Assembly: GCA_964643955.1 (NCBI GenBank) | Contig: CAZXUO010000002.1 | Coordinates: 110,691 to 161,874, forward strand | From: an uncultured Candidatus Saccharibacteria bacterium | GTDB taxonomy: Bacteria > Patescibacteriota > Minisyncoccia > Phycocordibacterales > UBA918 | Direction: 5' to 3' | DNA: 51,184 nucleotides | Part shown: in pieces, positions 50,236 through 51,184 of the stretch | Layout of the letters: every line of letters begins with the position of its first letter | How positions within the stretch are numbered: the stretch's first letter is position 1 | The notes under the pieces: generated by a model | What the model saw: the letters and a program-made list of their open reading frames with translations, nothing else | What the model was told of the DNA's origin: nothing | The model's database searches: none | Program-made: the position numbers and the translations under genes

Positions 50236-50538
50236 ATGTCTAAGCCAAGATTACTTGCGGGAGCTAAGGTGAACGATCGTCACTCGACCATTACCTCTGA
50301 AGGAGAGATCGTGGTTCAGGCAGCTCAGTCACTGTCTGAGGTCACAAAAATCGTGATTGGCATTATTCTTCCAAAGGCGCGGAGTCGCTCGCCGCGAATC
50401 AACTTCACGAGGATTCCCGCAGGGCTCAAGCTCCTTGTGCGGGGGACGACCGCGACGCAGCAGTTTTTTGTCTACACCAATAATCCCGATGGAGTAGAAC
50501 GAGCCATCGCGGATGCGTGGAGTAGAAAGAGGCGCTAG
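50236..50538 (+). CDS. DUF2103-like small basic protein
   Basis: HST motif and G.KL..RG....Q.F...T pattern; AAAGGAG SD. Confidence 0.55.
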   Translation: MSKPRLLAGAKVNDRHSTITSEGEIVVQAAQSLSEVTKIVIGIILPKARSRSPRINFTRIPAGLKLLVRGTTATQQFFVYTNNPDGVERAIADAWSRKRR

Positions 50539-50557
50539 CAAAAATTGCTAGCGCCTC
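50529..50557 (+). terminator. Hairpin after the DUF2103-like gene
   Basis: GAGGCGCTAGCAA-aaa-TTGCTAGCGCCTC. Confidence 0.7.
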
Positions 50558-50610
50558 ATTTGGTTTGCTTTTTTGACCATAGGGATATTTGGCCGTACAA
50601 TGCCTTTGTT

Positions 50611-51184
50611 ATGCGTCAATCTCAACTTTTTACAAAGACCCGCAAAGAGGCTCCAAAAGATGAAGTTTCAAAAAATGCTCAGCTATTGATTCGGGCTGGT
50701 TTTGTGCACAAGGAAATGGCGGGTGTCTACACGTATTTACCACTCGGTTTGCGTGTTTTAAAGAAAATCGAGCACATCATTCGTGAAGAAATGAATGGTA
50801 TTGGCGCACAAGAGCTTTTCATGCCGTCGCTTCAGGACCCGAATCTCTGGAAGCAGACTGGTCGATGGAGTGATGAGGTGGTGGAAGTGTGGTTTAAATC
50901 AGAACTTCGTGCGGGTGGCGAAGTGGGATTTGCGTGGACGCACGAGGAGACAATCACGCAGCTCATGAAGCAGTTTGTGCGCTCATATAAAGATGTGCCG
51001 CTCTTTGCGTACCACATACAAAATAAATTCCGCAACGAGGTGCGCGCAAAGAGCGGCATTATGCGTACGCGAGAATTTTTTATGAAGGATCTCTATTCCT
51101 TCACACGTACTCAAGAAGAACATGATGCGTTTTATGCAGCGTGCGCAGATGCGTACATGCGTATTTTCAATCGCGTTGGTATTG
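50611..51184 (+). CDS. proS: Prolyl-tRNA synthetase, N-terminal part (runs off the window)
   Basis: MRQSQLF.KT, LLIRAG, GVYTYLPLG.RV..KI..IIREEM, THEE, KFRNE.R. Confidence 0.95.
   Translation, partial: MRQSQLFTKTRKEAPKDEVSKNAQLLIRAGFVHKEMAGVYTYLPLGLRVLKKIEHIIREEMNGIGAQELFMPSLQDPNLWKQTGRWSDEVVEVWFKSELRAGGEVGFAWTHEETITQLMKQFVRSYKDVPLFAYHIQNKFRNEVRAKSGIMRTREFFMKDLYSFTRTQEEHDAFYAACADAYMRIFNRVGI

Overview
About 51 kb of bacterial chromosome in genetic code 11. It is most likely from a Patescibacteria/CPR (Parcubacteria-like) organism; this is an inference from the compact gene set, the reduced PriA and HolB, the Zn-less DnaG, the class I FBA and the near absence of SD sites on core genes. The backbone is housekeeping: rpoB (partial), rpoC, dnaG, rpoD, UvrD-nuclease, uppP, hisS, prmC, fba, rpmG, csp, truB, a P-type ATPase, mltG, fmt, def, priA, murA, mreB, a T4CP-like ATPase, holB, frr, rseP and proS (partial). 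Main observations: (1) a tRNA-Asn(GUU) on the minus strand is split inside its anticodon by a 578-nt group I intron, which carries an HNH endonuclease ORF with its own -10 box; (2) an accessory stretch at about 27.4-34.0 kb holds small orphan genes built as stand-alone units (SD, ORF, GC hairpin, sometimes a TTGACA box), including a 59-aa Zn-finger microprotein missed by the ORF track; (3) core genes instead carry a TAnnnT box 6-9 nt upstream of the start codon, which looks like leaderless expression; (4) a 164-nt rod-like hairpin sits between rpoC and dnaG-rpoD; (5) metal-ligand residues are repeatedly lost in DnaG, PriA, HolB and the P-type ATPase. No CRISPR array, integrase or transposase was seen. 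All family assignments come from motif recognition by eye; no database search was run.
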